Shown here: positions 36,438 to 46,006 of the stretch, piece after piece
How the letters are laid out: each line of letters starts with the position of its first letter
How positions within the stretch are numbered: position 1 is the first letter of the stretch
Source: Gemmatimonadaceae bacterium
Lineage (GTDB): Bacteria > Gemmatimonadota > Gemmatimonadetes > Gemmatimonadales > Gemmatimonadaceae
Assembly (NCBI GenBank): GCA_036392315.1
Contig: DASVYG010000443.1
Location: forward strand, 8,474-72,473
Reading direction: 5' to 3'
DNA: 64,000 nt
Program-made: the position numbers and the translations under genes
Notes under the pieces: generated by a model
What the model saw: only the letters and a program-made list of their open reading frames with translations
What the model was told of the DNA's origin: nothing
The model's database searches: none

Positions 36438-39143
36438 ATGCAGAGGATGATCGCTGCAGGCGTCGGGATTGCCGTGAGCGGGGTGGTCGCCCAAGCCCAA
36501 CAGACGTACCCGAAACGCGAGCTGTCCGACCCTGGGGTCATTGCCACGGGCCAGCGCGTGACGCCGGCAGGCGTTCAGAGCGTGTTCGACGGAAAAGTCG
36601 GCGGCGTGCGATTCGGAGCGTCGTCTGACGAAGTGTGGGTCGCGGTGCCCAACTACGTCTACCGGCTCGATTGGCGCAGCAACGGCGTGCGCGCGCGCGC
36701 CCACGTCGACGGACGCCCTGGCGTATACGCGCTCGGCATCGATTCGGCGACACATCGCGTGCTCGCGTCGTCGGTCGGCCGGGTGCTTCCACTCACGACG
36801 ACAAGCATGGGTCGAACGCCGCGTGTCGCGCAGGTCAGCGGGTTCGATGCCGAGCTCACCGGCGACGCGGCGACGGCACGCTTCAATTCCGGCGCACTAG
36901 GCGACTACATGGCCGGGGCACCGGCCGTCGCCGCGCGCGCCGGTGCAAGCGGACGACGTTTCGCTGTCGTTCCACTCCCAGCCAATGACGCGCTCGCCGT
37001 GCTCGACGCCGAGTCGGGCTCGCTCGTGCGAACCATCGCGCTCGGCGTCGAGCCGATTGCGTCGGTCATCTCCACCGACTCCCGCGTCGCCTACGTGTCC
37101 GTGCTTGGCGGACGAAAGCCGACGTCCGCGCAACGCGCCTCGATGCAGTGCTGTGATCCGCGTGCCGAAGCGGTGCGGGTCGACGAGCGCGGGATCGCCG
37201 AGCCGGGTAGCGTGAGCCGCGTCGATTTGGAGACGGGAACCATCACGCACGACATCGTTGTCGGACGGCATCCGACCGCGATCGCATGGGACGAAGCGGG
37301 CGCGCGACTGTATGTCGCCGCAGGAAACTCCGACTCCGTGGCGATCATCGATACGAAATCGAACGCCGTCGCCGGATACATCGCCATCGTGCCCTTCCGC
37401 GAGCGCAAGATAGGACTCGCACCAACCGCGCTCGCCCTGTCGCCCAATCAGAAGACGCTCTACGTCGCACTCGGCGGCGTCAATGCGGTGGCCATGTATG
37501 ACGTGAGTCCCGCGTTGGCGACGCCGATGTTTGAGGGACTCATTCCCACGGCTTGGTATCCGTCGAGCATCGACGCGAGCGCCGACGGGCGCTACCTCGC
37601 CGTCGGTTCGCTGTTCGGCATGGGATCGGGCGAGGGCACCACCGGCGGAACGCGCAGCCGATACGTGTTCGCGATTCGTGGATCGGTGCACGTCATTCCC
37701 GTTCCGACCCCGAGTGAGTTGAGCGCCTTCACGACCGCGGTGAGCCAGAACAATCGTCTCGCGCTCGCCACGTCCATCGCGCCGACATTCACGACTGCGA
37801 CCATCGCCCGTGCCGTGCCCGCGCGTCCCGGTGATCCATCGCTGATCAATCACGTGGTCTTTATCGTGCGCGAGAACCGCACCTACGACCAGGTGCTTGG
37901 CGACCTCGATCGCGGGTCACGTGATCCCGCGCTTGTGCTCTACGGACGCAAGATCACGCCGAACACGCATGCGCTCTCGGAGCAGTTCGTCACGCTCGAT
38001 CATTTCTTCGCCTCGGGCGGGAATTCGGCCGACGGCCATCAGTGGCTGACGCAGGCGAACGAGACCGACTATCCCATGTGGCCGCTCTATTTCGGACGGA
38101 GCTATCCGTCCGAAGCCGAGGACGCACTCACGTACTCGTCAGGCGGGTTCTTGTGGGAAGCGGCCCGGTCCAAAGACAAGACGGTCGCCGTGTTCGGCGA
38201 ATACGCGCCATCACCCAAGGTTTCGTCCGACAGCATCCGCCGGCGAATGTTCGCACAGTACGACGCACACCCGAAGGATTATGCGTTTCAACGCAACGTG
38301 TTGAAACAGCGCTTCGATACGCACTCGGATATTTCGTCGCTCGATCGTCAGCTCGTCCGCGAGTATCCGGGTTGGACGGAGGAAGTGCCCGACGTGATGA
38401 AGGCGGGCGATATCCTCGCCCATCTCGCCGACTGGGAAGCACAGCATGCGATGCCGAATCTCGTGATGGTCATTCTCCCGAACGACCATACGCAGGGCAC
38501 ATCCGCTGGCTGGTGCACTCCGCGCGCCTGCGTCGCCGACAACGACTATGGACTCGGCATGATCGTCGATGGCCTCAGCCATTCGAGCTTCTGGAAGGAC
38601 ATGGCGATTCTCGTCGTCGAAGATGACGCACAGGACGGCGTCGATCACGTGGACGGACACCGTACGGTGGCGCTCGCGATTTCTCCGTATACGCGACGCG
38701 GTAGCGTCGACTCGACGTTCTACAGCCAGCCGAGCATGGTGAAGACGATCGAGTTGATGCTCGGGTTGCCGTCGATGTCGATCTTCGACCTCGTCGCGAC
38801 CGACATGCGCGCCAGCTTCATCGATCCGGACGCCAAGGCCGATTTCACGCCATACTCGGTGGTCGCGCCCGAGCAATCGTTGCTCGAGTTGAATCAACGC
38901 ATCGGCTCGATCGACGGTCCGTGGGCGGGCGAACGCCGCGCCGCCGCGCGTGCGTCAGCGCGAATGAGCTTCGCCGGACCCGATGAGGCGCCGACCGAAC
39001 AACTCAATCGGATTCTCTGGCACGACGCGAAGGGCTGGAGCACACCATATCCCGCGGTGAAGCGCTCCCTCTTCTTCCCACTCTCGATCGACGTCGCTGA
39101 CGATGAACGGCCGGAGAAGGGTGGAAGCCGAAAGAAACGGTAG
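36438..39143 (+). CDS. Secreted beta-propeller (YncE-like repeats) fused to phosphoesterase (PLC/AcpA family) domain
   Basis: A signal peptide is followed by repeated ..YV(A/S)..G.N.V..(I/Y)D.. blades. The C-terminal domain has HVVFIVRENRTYDQVLGDL and EDDAQDGVDHVDGHRT. Confidence 0.85.
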   Translation: MQRMIAAGVGIAVSGVVAQAQQTYPKRELSDPGVIATGQRVTPAGVQSVFDGKVGGVRFGASSDEVWVAVPNYVYRLDWRSNGVRARAHVDGRPGVYALGIDSATHRVLASSVGRVLPLTTTSMGRTPRVAQVSGFDAELTGDAATARFNSGALGDYMAGAPAVAARAGASGRRFAVVPLPANDALAVLDAESGSLVRTIALGVEPIASVISTDSRVAYVSVLGGRKPTSAQRASMQCCDPRAEAVRVDERGIAEPGSVSRVDLETGTITHDIVVGRHPTAIAWDEAGARLYVAAGNSDSVAIIDTKSNAVAGYIAIVPFRERKIGLAPTALALSPNQKTLYVALGGVNAVAMYDVSPALATPMFEGLIPTAWYPSSIDASADGRYLAVGSLFGMGSGEGTTGGTRSRYVFAIRGSVHVIPVPTPSELSAFTTAVSQNNRLALATSIAPTFTTATIARAVPARPGDPSLINHVVFIVRENRTYDQVLGDLDRGSRDPALVLYGRKITPNTHALSEQFVTLDHFFASGGNSADGHQWLTQANETDYPMWPLYFGRSYPSEAEDALTYSSGGFLWEAARSKDKTVAVFGEYAPSPKVSSDSIRRRMFAQYDAHPKDYAFQRNVLKQRFDTHSDISSLDRQLVREYPGWTEEVPDVMKAGDILAHLADWEAQHAMPNLVMVILPNDHTQGTSAGWCTPRACVADNDYGLGMIVDGLSHSSFWKDMAILVVEDDAQDGVDHVDGHRTVALAISPYTRRGSVDSTFYSQPSMVKTIELMLGLPSMSIFDLVATDMRASFIDPDAKADFTPYSVVAPEQSLLELNQRIGSIDGPWAGERRAAARASARMSFAGPDEAPTEQLNRILWHDAKGWSTPYPAVKRSLFFPLSIDVADDERPEKGGSRKKR

Positions 39144-39161
39144 CCCGCCGTCGGGCTCGCC

Positions 39162-39929
39162 GTGAGTCGACCCGCGCGCGGAACCGTGAGCGTCGCACGC
39201 GGACTGTCCAAGCTTGGCGTGTGCTCCCGCAGCGAAGGCGAACGATTGGTCGAAGCCGGGCGCGTTCGGGTCAACGGCGTCGTCGTTCGGGATACGAACT
39301 TCCGCATCGTGCCCGAGCGAGATGTGATCGAGGTCGATGGAGAGCGCGTCGGCCGCGTCGAACGCGTTTATCTGGCGCTCAACAAACCGCGGGGGCTCGT
39401 GACGACCCGCGATGATCCGCGGAACCGCGCCACCATTTACGATTGTCTCGCCGGCGCTGCGCTTCCGTTCGTCGCTCCGGTCGGCCGACTCGACAAAGCG
39501 AGCGAAGGCCTGCTGTTACTGACGAACGACTCCCGATGGTCGGCGCGCGTCCTGGACCCGAGCTCGCACGTCGACAAGCTCTATCACGTGCAGCTTCGCA
39601 CACTCGTCGACGATACACTCATCGCGCGTGTGGCAGCCGGCGTGGTCGAACAAGACAGCGGCGAGAGACTCACCGTCAAACACGTCTCGCTGCTGCGCAC
39701 CGGGTCGCGCAGCAGTGCGTGGCTCGAGATCACGCTCGACGAAGGAAAGAATCGGCACATCCGCCGTTTGTTCGCCGCGCTCGGCATCGAGGTGCTGCGG
39801 CTCGTCCGCGTCGCCATCGGTCCGCTCGCGCTCGGCACGCTGGCGAAAGGCCAATGGCGACGGCTGGCTGACGATGAAGTCCGCGCGCTATCTGGTGCGC
39901 CGCTGTCTTCTAGGGATGCACGGCTGTAG
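39162..39929 (+). CDS. Pseudouridine synthase, RsuA/RluB family (S4 domain plus catalytic domain)
   Basis: The S4 region is LSKLGVCSRSEGERLVEAGRVRVNG. The catalytic motif is VGRLDKASEGLLLLTND. GKNRHIRRLF is also present. Confidence 0.9.
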   Translation: MSRPARGTVSVARGLSKLGVCSRSEGERLVEAGRVRVNGVVVRDTNFRIVPERDVIEVDGERVGRVERVYLALNKPRGLVTTRDDPRNRATIYDCLAGAALPFVAPVGRLDKASEGLLLLTNDSRWSARVLDPSSHVDKLYHVQLRTLVDDTLIARVAAGVVEQDSGERLTVKHVSLLRTGSRSSAWLEITLDEGKNRHIRRLFAALGIEVLRLVRVAIGPLALGTLAKGQWRRLADDEVRALSGAPLSSRDARL

Positions 39930-41553
39930 CGAACACGCTGCCCTTTACCCACGCCGGCCGCGTCGGACGATCGGCCACGAGGTGAACGAGGTCGATGTAC
40001 ATCGCGTCGAATCCGATCGCGGCATCGAAATTCACCGGTTGGTCGAGATCGTCCGACGGCTTGTGATAGCGCATGCGATTCCACTCGGCGATCACCGAGT
40101 CGCCCGGCGAGCCTGGGAGATACCCGATCTTGAGGGCGAGCGCCGGAATGCCGCGCTTGATGAAGCTGTATTGGTCGCTTCGAATGAACCGCACCTGCTC
40201 CGGATGCGGATCGTCCATCAGCGTGAGGTTGTGGAGCTTGAGCGCCTGTCGAAGATCATTTCCCAAATCTGATTCGTCGGCGCCATAACCAAACACGCCG
40301 ACGAGTGGAATCTGCGGCTCCCACATGTCGGTGTTGAGATCGGCGACGATCTGTCCGACCGGAACCGTCGGATGCGTCGCGAAATACGCCGAGCCGAGCT
40401 CGCCTTTCTCTTCCGCGGTAACCGCGGCGAAGATGATCGAACGCTTTGGCGAGATATGCCGGTTGTGAAATGCGCGCGCCGTCTCGACCATCGTGGCAAT
40501 TCCCGACGCGTTGTCCATCGCGCCATTGTAGATGCTGTCGCCGTCGACGGCGCGACCGACGCCCAAGTGATCCAGATGCGCGCTCACGATCACGTACTGG
40601 TCGCGCAGCGCCGGATCGGAACCGCGCAGCATTCCCAGCACGTTCGGCGCCTCGAGCGGAGTCGTGGCGAGCTCGGTCCACACCTGCAACGTCGGCGCGA
40701 GCGCGAAGGTCGGAAGCACGGCCGCGCTGTCCTTGTTCGCCACGGCGACAAGCTCCGCATACGTGTGGCCGGAGCCGACAAAGAGACGCGCCGCGGCGGA
40801 GTCAGGGACCGTGATCATCACACCGCCGCCCGTCGGATCGTCGGCCAGACCATTGGCGGGACGCCCACCGCCAGCGCCCGGTGCTGCGCCGCCCCGCCCA
40901 TCACGGCCGCCTGCGCTCGGTGGCTCGGTGATCGCGATCGCCGCGATCGCGCCGGCCGCGCGCAACGCCTCCCATCGACCGGAACGCGAGTGCGCCATGA
41001 TCGTAGCGTTGAGCCCCGACGGCAATCGATTCAAGTAGACCGCCACTTTTCCGCGTACGCTCGTGCTACCGAGATCATCGCGTATGCCGGGGAAGTGCAG
41101 ACCGTAGCCCACGAACACCATCGGTCCTTCGGCGCGCGGTGCCGTGGTCGTGCTCAGACTGATCGACGCGTCGGTACCGAGCTTGAGCGTATCGGCAACG
41201 CCGTTCGTAACGAGCGCGATGCCCGAATGCTCAGCCACGAGGCGCGCCGTCGACAAATGCGCGGTCTGGAAGTACCCGTCCGTTCCAGCCGGCGCGAGGC
41301 CGGCCCTTTGAAATTCCTGAGCGATGTAGCGCGCCGCCTTGAGATAGTCTTCCGTGCCAGACGCGCGACCGCGCAGACTGTCGTCCGCCAACACCGTGAC
41401 CACACCCCACCAACTCGCGGCCAACGGCGGCACGACCTGCTGGGATCCGGCGTGAGCCTGCGCGCCGAGCGAAGGGACCGCGAACAGAGACGCTGTCGCC
41501 GCGATTGCGACCCGGTCGATCAGCGACTGGGGAACGCGAATGAGTCGTTGCAT
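39910..41553 (-). CDS. M28 family aminopeptidase with PA-like insert, secreted
   Basis: A signal peptide is present. Zinc-ligand motifs are SAHLDHLG, GAMDNASGIA and TAEEKGELGS. The 3' end overlaps the pseudouridine synthase gene by 20 nt (convergent). Confidence 0.85.
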   Translation of the reverse strand: MQRLIRVPQSLIDRVAIAATASLFAVPSLGAQAHAGSQQVVPPLAASWWGVVTVLADDSLRGRASGTEDYLKAARYIAQEFQRAGLAPAGTDGYFQTAHLSTARLVAEHSGIALVTNGVADTLKLGTDASISLSTTTAPRAEGPMVFVGYGLHFPGIRDDLGSTSVRGKVAVYLNRLPSGLNATIMAHSRSGRWEALRAAGAIAAIAITEPPSAGGRDGRGGAAPGAGGGRPANGLADDPTGGGVMITVPDSAAARLFVGSGHTYAELVAVANKDSAAVLPTFALAPTLQVWTELATTPLEAPNVLGMLRGSDPALRDQYVIVSAHLDHLGVGRAVDGDSIYNGAMDNASGIATMVETARAFHNRHISPKRSIIFAAVTAEEKGELGSAYFATHPTVPVGQIVADLNTDMWEPQIPLVGVFGYGADESDLGNDLRQALKLHNLTLMDDPHPEQVRFIRSDQYSFIKRGIPALALKIGYLPGSPGDSVIAEWNRMRYHKPSDDLDQPVNFDAAIGFDAMYIDLVHLVADRPTRPAWVKGSVFATAVHP

Positions 41554-41578
41554 GATGAGTTCAGTTGGTGGGCGCCGG

Positions 41579-42094
41579 CTACAGCGTTCCCCACGTCGTG
41601 AATCGAGGCGGCTTGGGGAATGGCGGGCCGGCTTCGATCACGATGTCGGTGTGCGCAGCAAGCGCAATGGTGCGCGGATCGCCGGTGTATCGAGTGCCGT
41701 TCACCCACACGCGCAGCGTTTGTCCCCTTGCGGCGATCGCCGAGGCGGCTTGCGTGCGACTCAGCGTCTGCCCCCACACGGCGAAGAAGTCCCCGAGCGT
41801 GAATGAGCGAGACTGCGGCGCCTCGATGTGAATCACGCCGTCGGGCGTGTGCGTGTGCACCCAGTAGATGCAACGCTTCTCCGCCGGCTGGCCGACGTTC
41901 GGTGGAATGGCGACGGCGTGGCCGTGGTCGAGAATCGTGAGGTGCTGATGGATGTGGATTCTCGAGCCTTCCATCGCGTCGCACGACATGCCGGCAATCG
42001 GATCGCCGCGCGGCGTGGCGTACTGAGCGAGCGCCGATTGTCTTCCGGCGAAAATGAGTGCGGCGGATGCGAACAGCGTGACGAGAGGCTTCAT
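41579..42094 (-). CDS. Hypothetical secreted His-rich protein
   Basis: ATG 42094 gives the signal peptide MKPLVTLFASAALIFAGRQSALA. His clusters are HIHQHLTILDHGH and WVHTHTPDGVIHIE. Confidence 0.6.
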   Translation of the reverse strand: MKPLVTLFASAALIFAGRQSALAQYATPRGDPIAGMSCDAMEGSRIHIHQHLTILDHGHAVAIPPNVGQPAEKRCIYWVHTHTPDGVIHIEAPQSRSFTLGDFFAVWGQTLSRTQAASAIAARGQTLRVWVNGTRYTGDPRTIALAAHTDIVIEAGPPFPKPPRFTTWGTL

Positions 42095-42140
42095 ACGATA
42101 GGCGAGAGTTGAAAGCGTGTGGCTGAGCCTTGGACTTCGT

Positions 42141-43706
42141 TCATCGAACCGTGACGAGGTGGCCGAGGAGCTGCTGCGCATTCACCGGCTTCACCAAATG
42201 CAAATCGAATCCCGATGCGAGCGCGCGCTGTTTGTCTGCCTCGCGCCCGTAGCCGGTCACCGCGATCAGCCGCACCGAGCCCGTCTCGGGACTCTGGCGA
42301 AGCGCGTCGGCCACGGCATAGCCATCCATTCCAGGAAGCCCGATGTCGCACAGCACCACGTCAGGACGCTGCGACTTGGCCGCGGTCACGCCTTCGAGAC
42401 CGGTGTACGCCACCGACACCGTATACCCGTGATACTCGAGCAGTGTTCGCAAAATGTCCGCTGCGTCAACGTTGTCTTCAACGATCAAGACCCGCAGCGG
42501 TTGCGCGGTGCCCGGCGCGTCGAGCAACGTTGACGCCAGCACTGCCGGCTCGACCTCGCTGGGGATTCGTATCGTGAACTCCGCCCCGCGACCCTTGCCC
42601 GCGCTGGACGCGGTGATCGTGCCTCCGTGCAGCTCGATCAATCCCTTGGTGACGGCGAGCCCGAGCCCAAGGCCGCCGCGCGTCCGATCGAGCGATTGCT
42701 CGGCTTGCGCAAAGACGTCGAACACATGGGGCAGCAGCGATGGCTCGATGCCGATTCCCGTGTCCCGCACTACGACGATCGCGCGCCGCGTCTCGGCGTC
42801 GTGGCCGACGCGAACGCTCACGACGCCGCCCGACGTGGTGAACTTTCGCGCATTGTCGAGCAGGTTGTCGAACGATTGTGTGAGGCGGGTCGGATCACCC
42901 ATCACCCACAGCGGCTCGTTGGGGAACTCCGCGTCGATCTTGAGGCCGGCGGCTTCGAGCGTTCCGCGCCGATCCTCGATCGCTTGCCGAACCAGCCGCG
43001 CGAGATCCAATCGCTCCCGCACGATCGACAGCTTTCCACTCGTGATGCGCGACACGTCGAGCAGGTCGTCGACGATGCGAGCCATGTGATGCACCTGGCG
43101 CTCGAGCATCTCCCGAGTGCGCGCCAGCATTTGCGGGCTGACCTCCGGGAGACCCAGCAGGTGAATTCCGTAGCCGATCGGCGCGAGCGGATTCCGAAGC
43201 TCGTGAGCGAGCATCGATAGGAAATCGTCCTTGCGCCGATTCGCTTCGCGCAGCGCTTCTTCTCTGCCGGTTGCGCGCTCGACTTCTTCGCGCATGCGCG
43301 ACAGCTCCATGCACGTGCGAACCCGCGCGAGCAGCTCCCGCGGGCTGAACGGTTTCACGAGATAGTCGTCCGCGCCCGCTTCCAACCCCTCGACGCGCGA
43401 GTCCACTTCGCCGCGCTCGGTGAGCACGATGGCCGGCAGCGTGCGCAGCGCCGGATCGGAACGAATCGCCTTGAGCAGTCCGAACCCGTCGAGATGCGGC
43501 ATCACGATGTCCGTGATCAACAAATCCGGCCGCGCGCGACGGGCCGACTCGAGCGCGTCGCGGCCATTGGCCACGACGTCGACGTCGTATCGGTCGGCCA
43601 AGAGGCGGCGAATGAACGCACGCATCTCCGCGTTGTCGTCGGCGATGAGCACCCGCCGACGCTGGGCGTGGGAGAACGCTCGTTCCGAAAGCATCATGTC
43701 GTACAA
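42141..43706 (-). CDS. Hybrid histidine kinase, REC-HisKA-HATPase-REC, cytoplasmic
   Basis: The N-terminal REC is VLIADDN..DLLITDIVMPHLDG. The H-box is FLSMLAHELRNPL, with VRDTGIGI and GGLGLGL in the ATPase domain. The C-terminal REC is VLIVEDN..DVVLCDIGLPGMDG. No TM segment is present. Confidence 0.9.
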   Translation of the reverse strand: MYDMMLSERAFSHAQRRRVLIADDNAEMRAFIRRLLADRYDVDVVANGRDALESARRARPDLLITDIVMPHLDGFGLLKAIRSDPALRTLPAIVLTERGEVDSRVEGLEAGADDYLVKPFSPRELLARVRTCMELSRMREEVERATGREEALREANRRKDDFLSMLAHELRNPLAPIGYGIHLLGLPEVSPQMLARTREMLERQVHHMARIVDDLLDVSRITSGKLSIVRERLDLARLVRQAIEDRRGTLEAAGLKIDAEFPNEPLWVMGDPTRLTQSFDNLLDNARKFTTSGGVVSVRVGHDAETRRAIVVVRDTGIGIEPSLLPHVFDVFAQAEQSLDRTRGGLGLGLAVTKGLIELHGGTITASSAGKGRGAEFTIRIPSEVEPAVLASTLLDAPGTAQPLRVLIVEDNVDAADILRTLLEYHGYTVSVAYTGLEGVTAAKSQRPDVVLCDIGLPGMDGYAVADALRQSPETGSVRLIAVTGYGREADKQRALASGFDLHLVKPVNAQQLLGHLVTVR

Positions 43707-43800
43707 GTGCGGCGAAGGTGAGATGGAAAGGTCGGCGGCGGCGTCCTTGGATCATACGCCAGTGCATCCGGCGGCGCGATGCCTCGCGACGGAAGTCGGG

Positions 43801-43830
43801 ATGACAAGGTCGTCCCCCGTGCGCTATACT
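43801..43830 (+). promoter_or_regulatory. Candidate sigma70 promoter (ATGACA-N18-TATACT) giving a near-leaderless mRNA
   Basis: TATACT at 43825-43830 lies 11 nt before ATG 43842. A -35-like ATGACA is at 43801-43806. Confidence 0.4.
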
Positions 43831-43841
43831 CTGAGCGCGCC

Positions 43842-45977
43842 ATGCTACTCGGGAGGAAGGTCCTGTCCAATTCGTCACGCCGTGGCTTCAAGTTGGCCGT
43901 GGGCCTCGCCACAGCGCTGGCGCTCGCGATCCTCCTCGGCGTTCGAGCCTTGGACCTGCGATCACAACGAGAGCAGCTGCTGCGCAGCGGCGATCGTCGC
44001 GCGGCGAATCTCGCCGTCGTGCTCGCCGGATACCTCGGGCAGACGTTCTCCGCCGTCGACGCATCGCTTCGCCAGCTCGCGCTCCAGAGTCAACGCATCG
44101 GAGGGGCCGTCGCACCTGAAGCCATTTGGAGCCCGGCACTCGTGTCCGCCCGCGCCGCACTGACCGCGGCGGGATCGATCTCCGTCGTCGACACTGCCGG
44201 TGTCATTCGCCATTCCACGCAGCCGGCCATCGTGGGTCAATCGCGACGCGATCAGTACGTCTTCAGACGGCTTGCGTCGGACACGACCGACGATCTGGTC
44301 GCCGACACGCCATTTCGCACCGTTGCCGGACGCCGACAATACATGATTCCGCTCGGCCGTCGCCTTACGGCGCCCGGCGGCGGCTTCGGCGGAATCATCG
44401 TCGCCACCTTCATTCCCGACGAGCTTCGCGCGGTGCTGCGTTCGGCCGATGTGGGCGCCAAGGGGGTCGTCACCGTCTTTCACCGCGATGGGATCGTCGT
44501 TTTCCGTGAGCCCTCGGCCAAGAACCCCATCGGTGAAGTGGCGACGACCGAGCCGCTGTTCGAGGCGGCCGTGCGGAGCGGCGGCAACGGAATGTATCGC
44601 GGACGCGCCGAGGCGAACGGCCCGATGTTTCGGACCGCATTTCGAGCATTCCCCAATAACGACCTCATCGTCGCCGTTTCACTCAGCGAGGACGAGCTGC
44701 TGAGTGATTGGTGGCGCGACATTTCCACTTCGCTCGTTCGCGTGGTGCTGTTCGCCGCCGCGCTCTCGGCGATTCTCATGCTCACGTTCCGCGAGATGGA
44801 CACACGCGCCGCGGCTCAGGAAGCGCTGAGTCGCTCACAGCGCCTCGAGTCTATCGGGCGGCTGACCGGCGGCATCGCCCACGATTTCAACAATCTGCTC
44901 ACGGTGATCCTCGGCAACGTCTCGCTGATCAAGGACGGACTGGGCCGGGACACGAAGGAGGCGACGGAAGAATCCGCCGCGCAGATCGAGCGCGCTGCGT
45001 CGCGCGGGACCGCATTGATTCGGCAGCTGCTCGCGTTCGCCCGACGTCAGCCGTTGCAGCCGCGCACGGTGGATCTGGGCGCGCTGGTCCGTGACGCGAA
45101 GCCGATGCTCGACCGCATCCTCGGCGAGGACGTCACTGTGCAATCCGATTTTGCGCCGGCCTCCAAACACTTCCTCGCCACCGTCGATCCGGTCGGCGCC
45201 GAAAGCGCGCTGCTGAATCTGTGCATCAACGCCCGCGACGCCATGCCGAACGGCGGTACGATCAAGATCGAAGTTGGATTGGTGACGCTCGGCCACGATG
45301 AGGCGCGCGCGAACGACGTCGTGCCCGGCTCGTATGTCATGGTCAGTGTCGGCGACACGGGGACCGGCATTCCGGAGGAACACCTCGCGCATTTGTTCGA
45401 GCCGTTCTTCACGACGAAAGGCCTCGGTCGCGGAACCGGTCTGGGTCTCAGCATGGTATACGGCTTCGTGAAGCAATCCGGCGGCTTCGCGAAAGTTCAG
45501 AGCGAGGTGGATCGCGGAACCACCGTACAGTTGTTCTTTCCAGAGGCAACGGGTCCGCTCCCTGCGCCAGAACCGGAGGAGCCCAGTCAGCCGCCGCGCG
45601 GCAACGGCGAGACCATTTTGCTCGTCGAAGACGAACCCGATCTGCTCACGCTCGCGACGCGATTCCTCCAAGAGCTCGGCTACCGTGTGCTCGGCGCCGC
45701 AAATGGCGCTCAAGCGATCGACATCGCGAACCGAACAGATCGGATCGACGTGTTGTTCGCCGACATGGTGATGCCCGGCGGGATGAACGGGCGGCAGCTC
45801 GCCGCCGCGCTGCGCGCCACGCGACCGGACCTTCCTGTGCTGTACATGAGCGGCTATTCCGACGATGATGGCGATCGAGCGCCCGGATCGGCGGTCGGCC
45901 ACGTCGTTGCGAAGCCGTACGATCGCGCACAGCTCGCCGTGGCGTTGCGCGACGCGCTACATCCGGTCGAACACTGA
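43842..45977 (+). CDS. Membrane hybrid sensor histidine kinase (periplasmic Cache-like domain, HisKA, HATPase, REC)
   Basis: ATG 43842 is preferred because the promoter lies inside the longer 43779 ORF. Two TM helices flank a 260-aa periplasmic domain. The H-box is GGIAHDFNNLL, with GDTGTGIP and GTGLGLSMV. The REC is ILLVEDE..DVLFADMVMPGGMNG. Confidence 0.9.
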   Translation: MLLGRKVLSNSSRRGFKLAVGLATALALAILLGVRALDLRSQREQLLRSGDRRAANLAVVLAGYLGQTFSAVDASLRQLALQSQRIGGAVAPEAIWSPALVSARAALTAAGSISVVDTAGVIRHSTQPAIVGQSRRDQYVFRRLASDTTDDLVADTPFRTVAGRRQYMIPLGRRLTAPGGGFGGIIVATFIPDELRAVLRSADVGAKGVVTVFHRDGIVVFREPSAKNPIGEVATTEPLFEAAVRSGGNGMYRGRAEANGPMFRTAFRAFPNNDLIVAVSLSEDELLSDWWRDISTSLVRVVLFAAALSAILMLTFREMDTRAAAQEALSRSQRLESIGRLTGGIAHDFNNLLTVILGNVSLIKDGLGRDTKEATEESAAQIERAASRGTALIRQLLAFARRQPLQPRTVDLGALVRDAKPMLDRILGEDVTVQSDFAPASKHFLATVDPVGAESALLNLCINARDAMPNGGTIKIEVGLVTLGHDEARANDVVPGSYVMVSVGDTGTGIPEEHLAHLFEPFFTTKGLGRGTGLGLSMVYGFVKQSGGFAKVQSEVDRGTTVQLFFPEATGPLPAPEPEEPSQPPRGNGETILLVEDEPDLLTLATRFLQELGYRVLGAANGAQAIDIANRTDRIDVLFADMVMPGGMNGRQLAAALRATRPDLPVLYMSGYSDDDGDRAPGSAVGHVVAKPYDRAQLAVALRDALHPVEH

Positions 45978-46006
45978 TCGGAACGCCCGCGCCTTCATCG
46001 CCGAAA

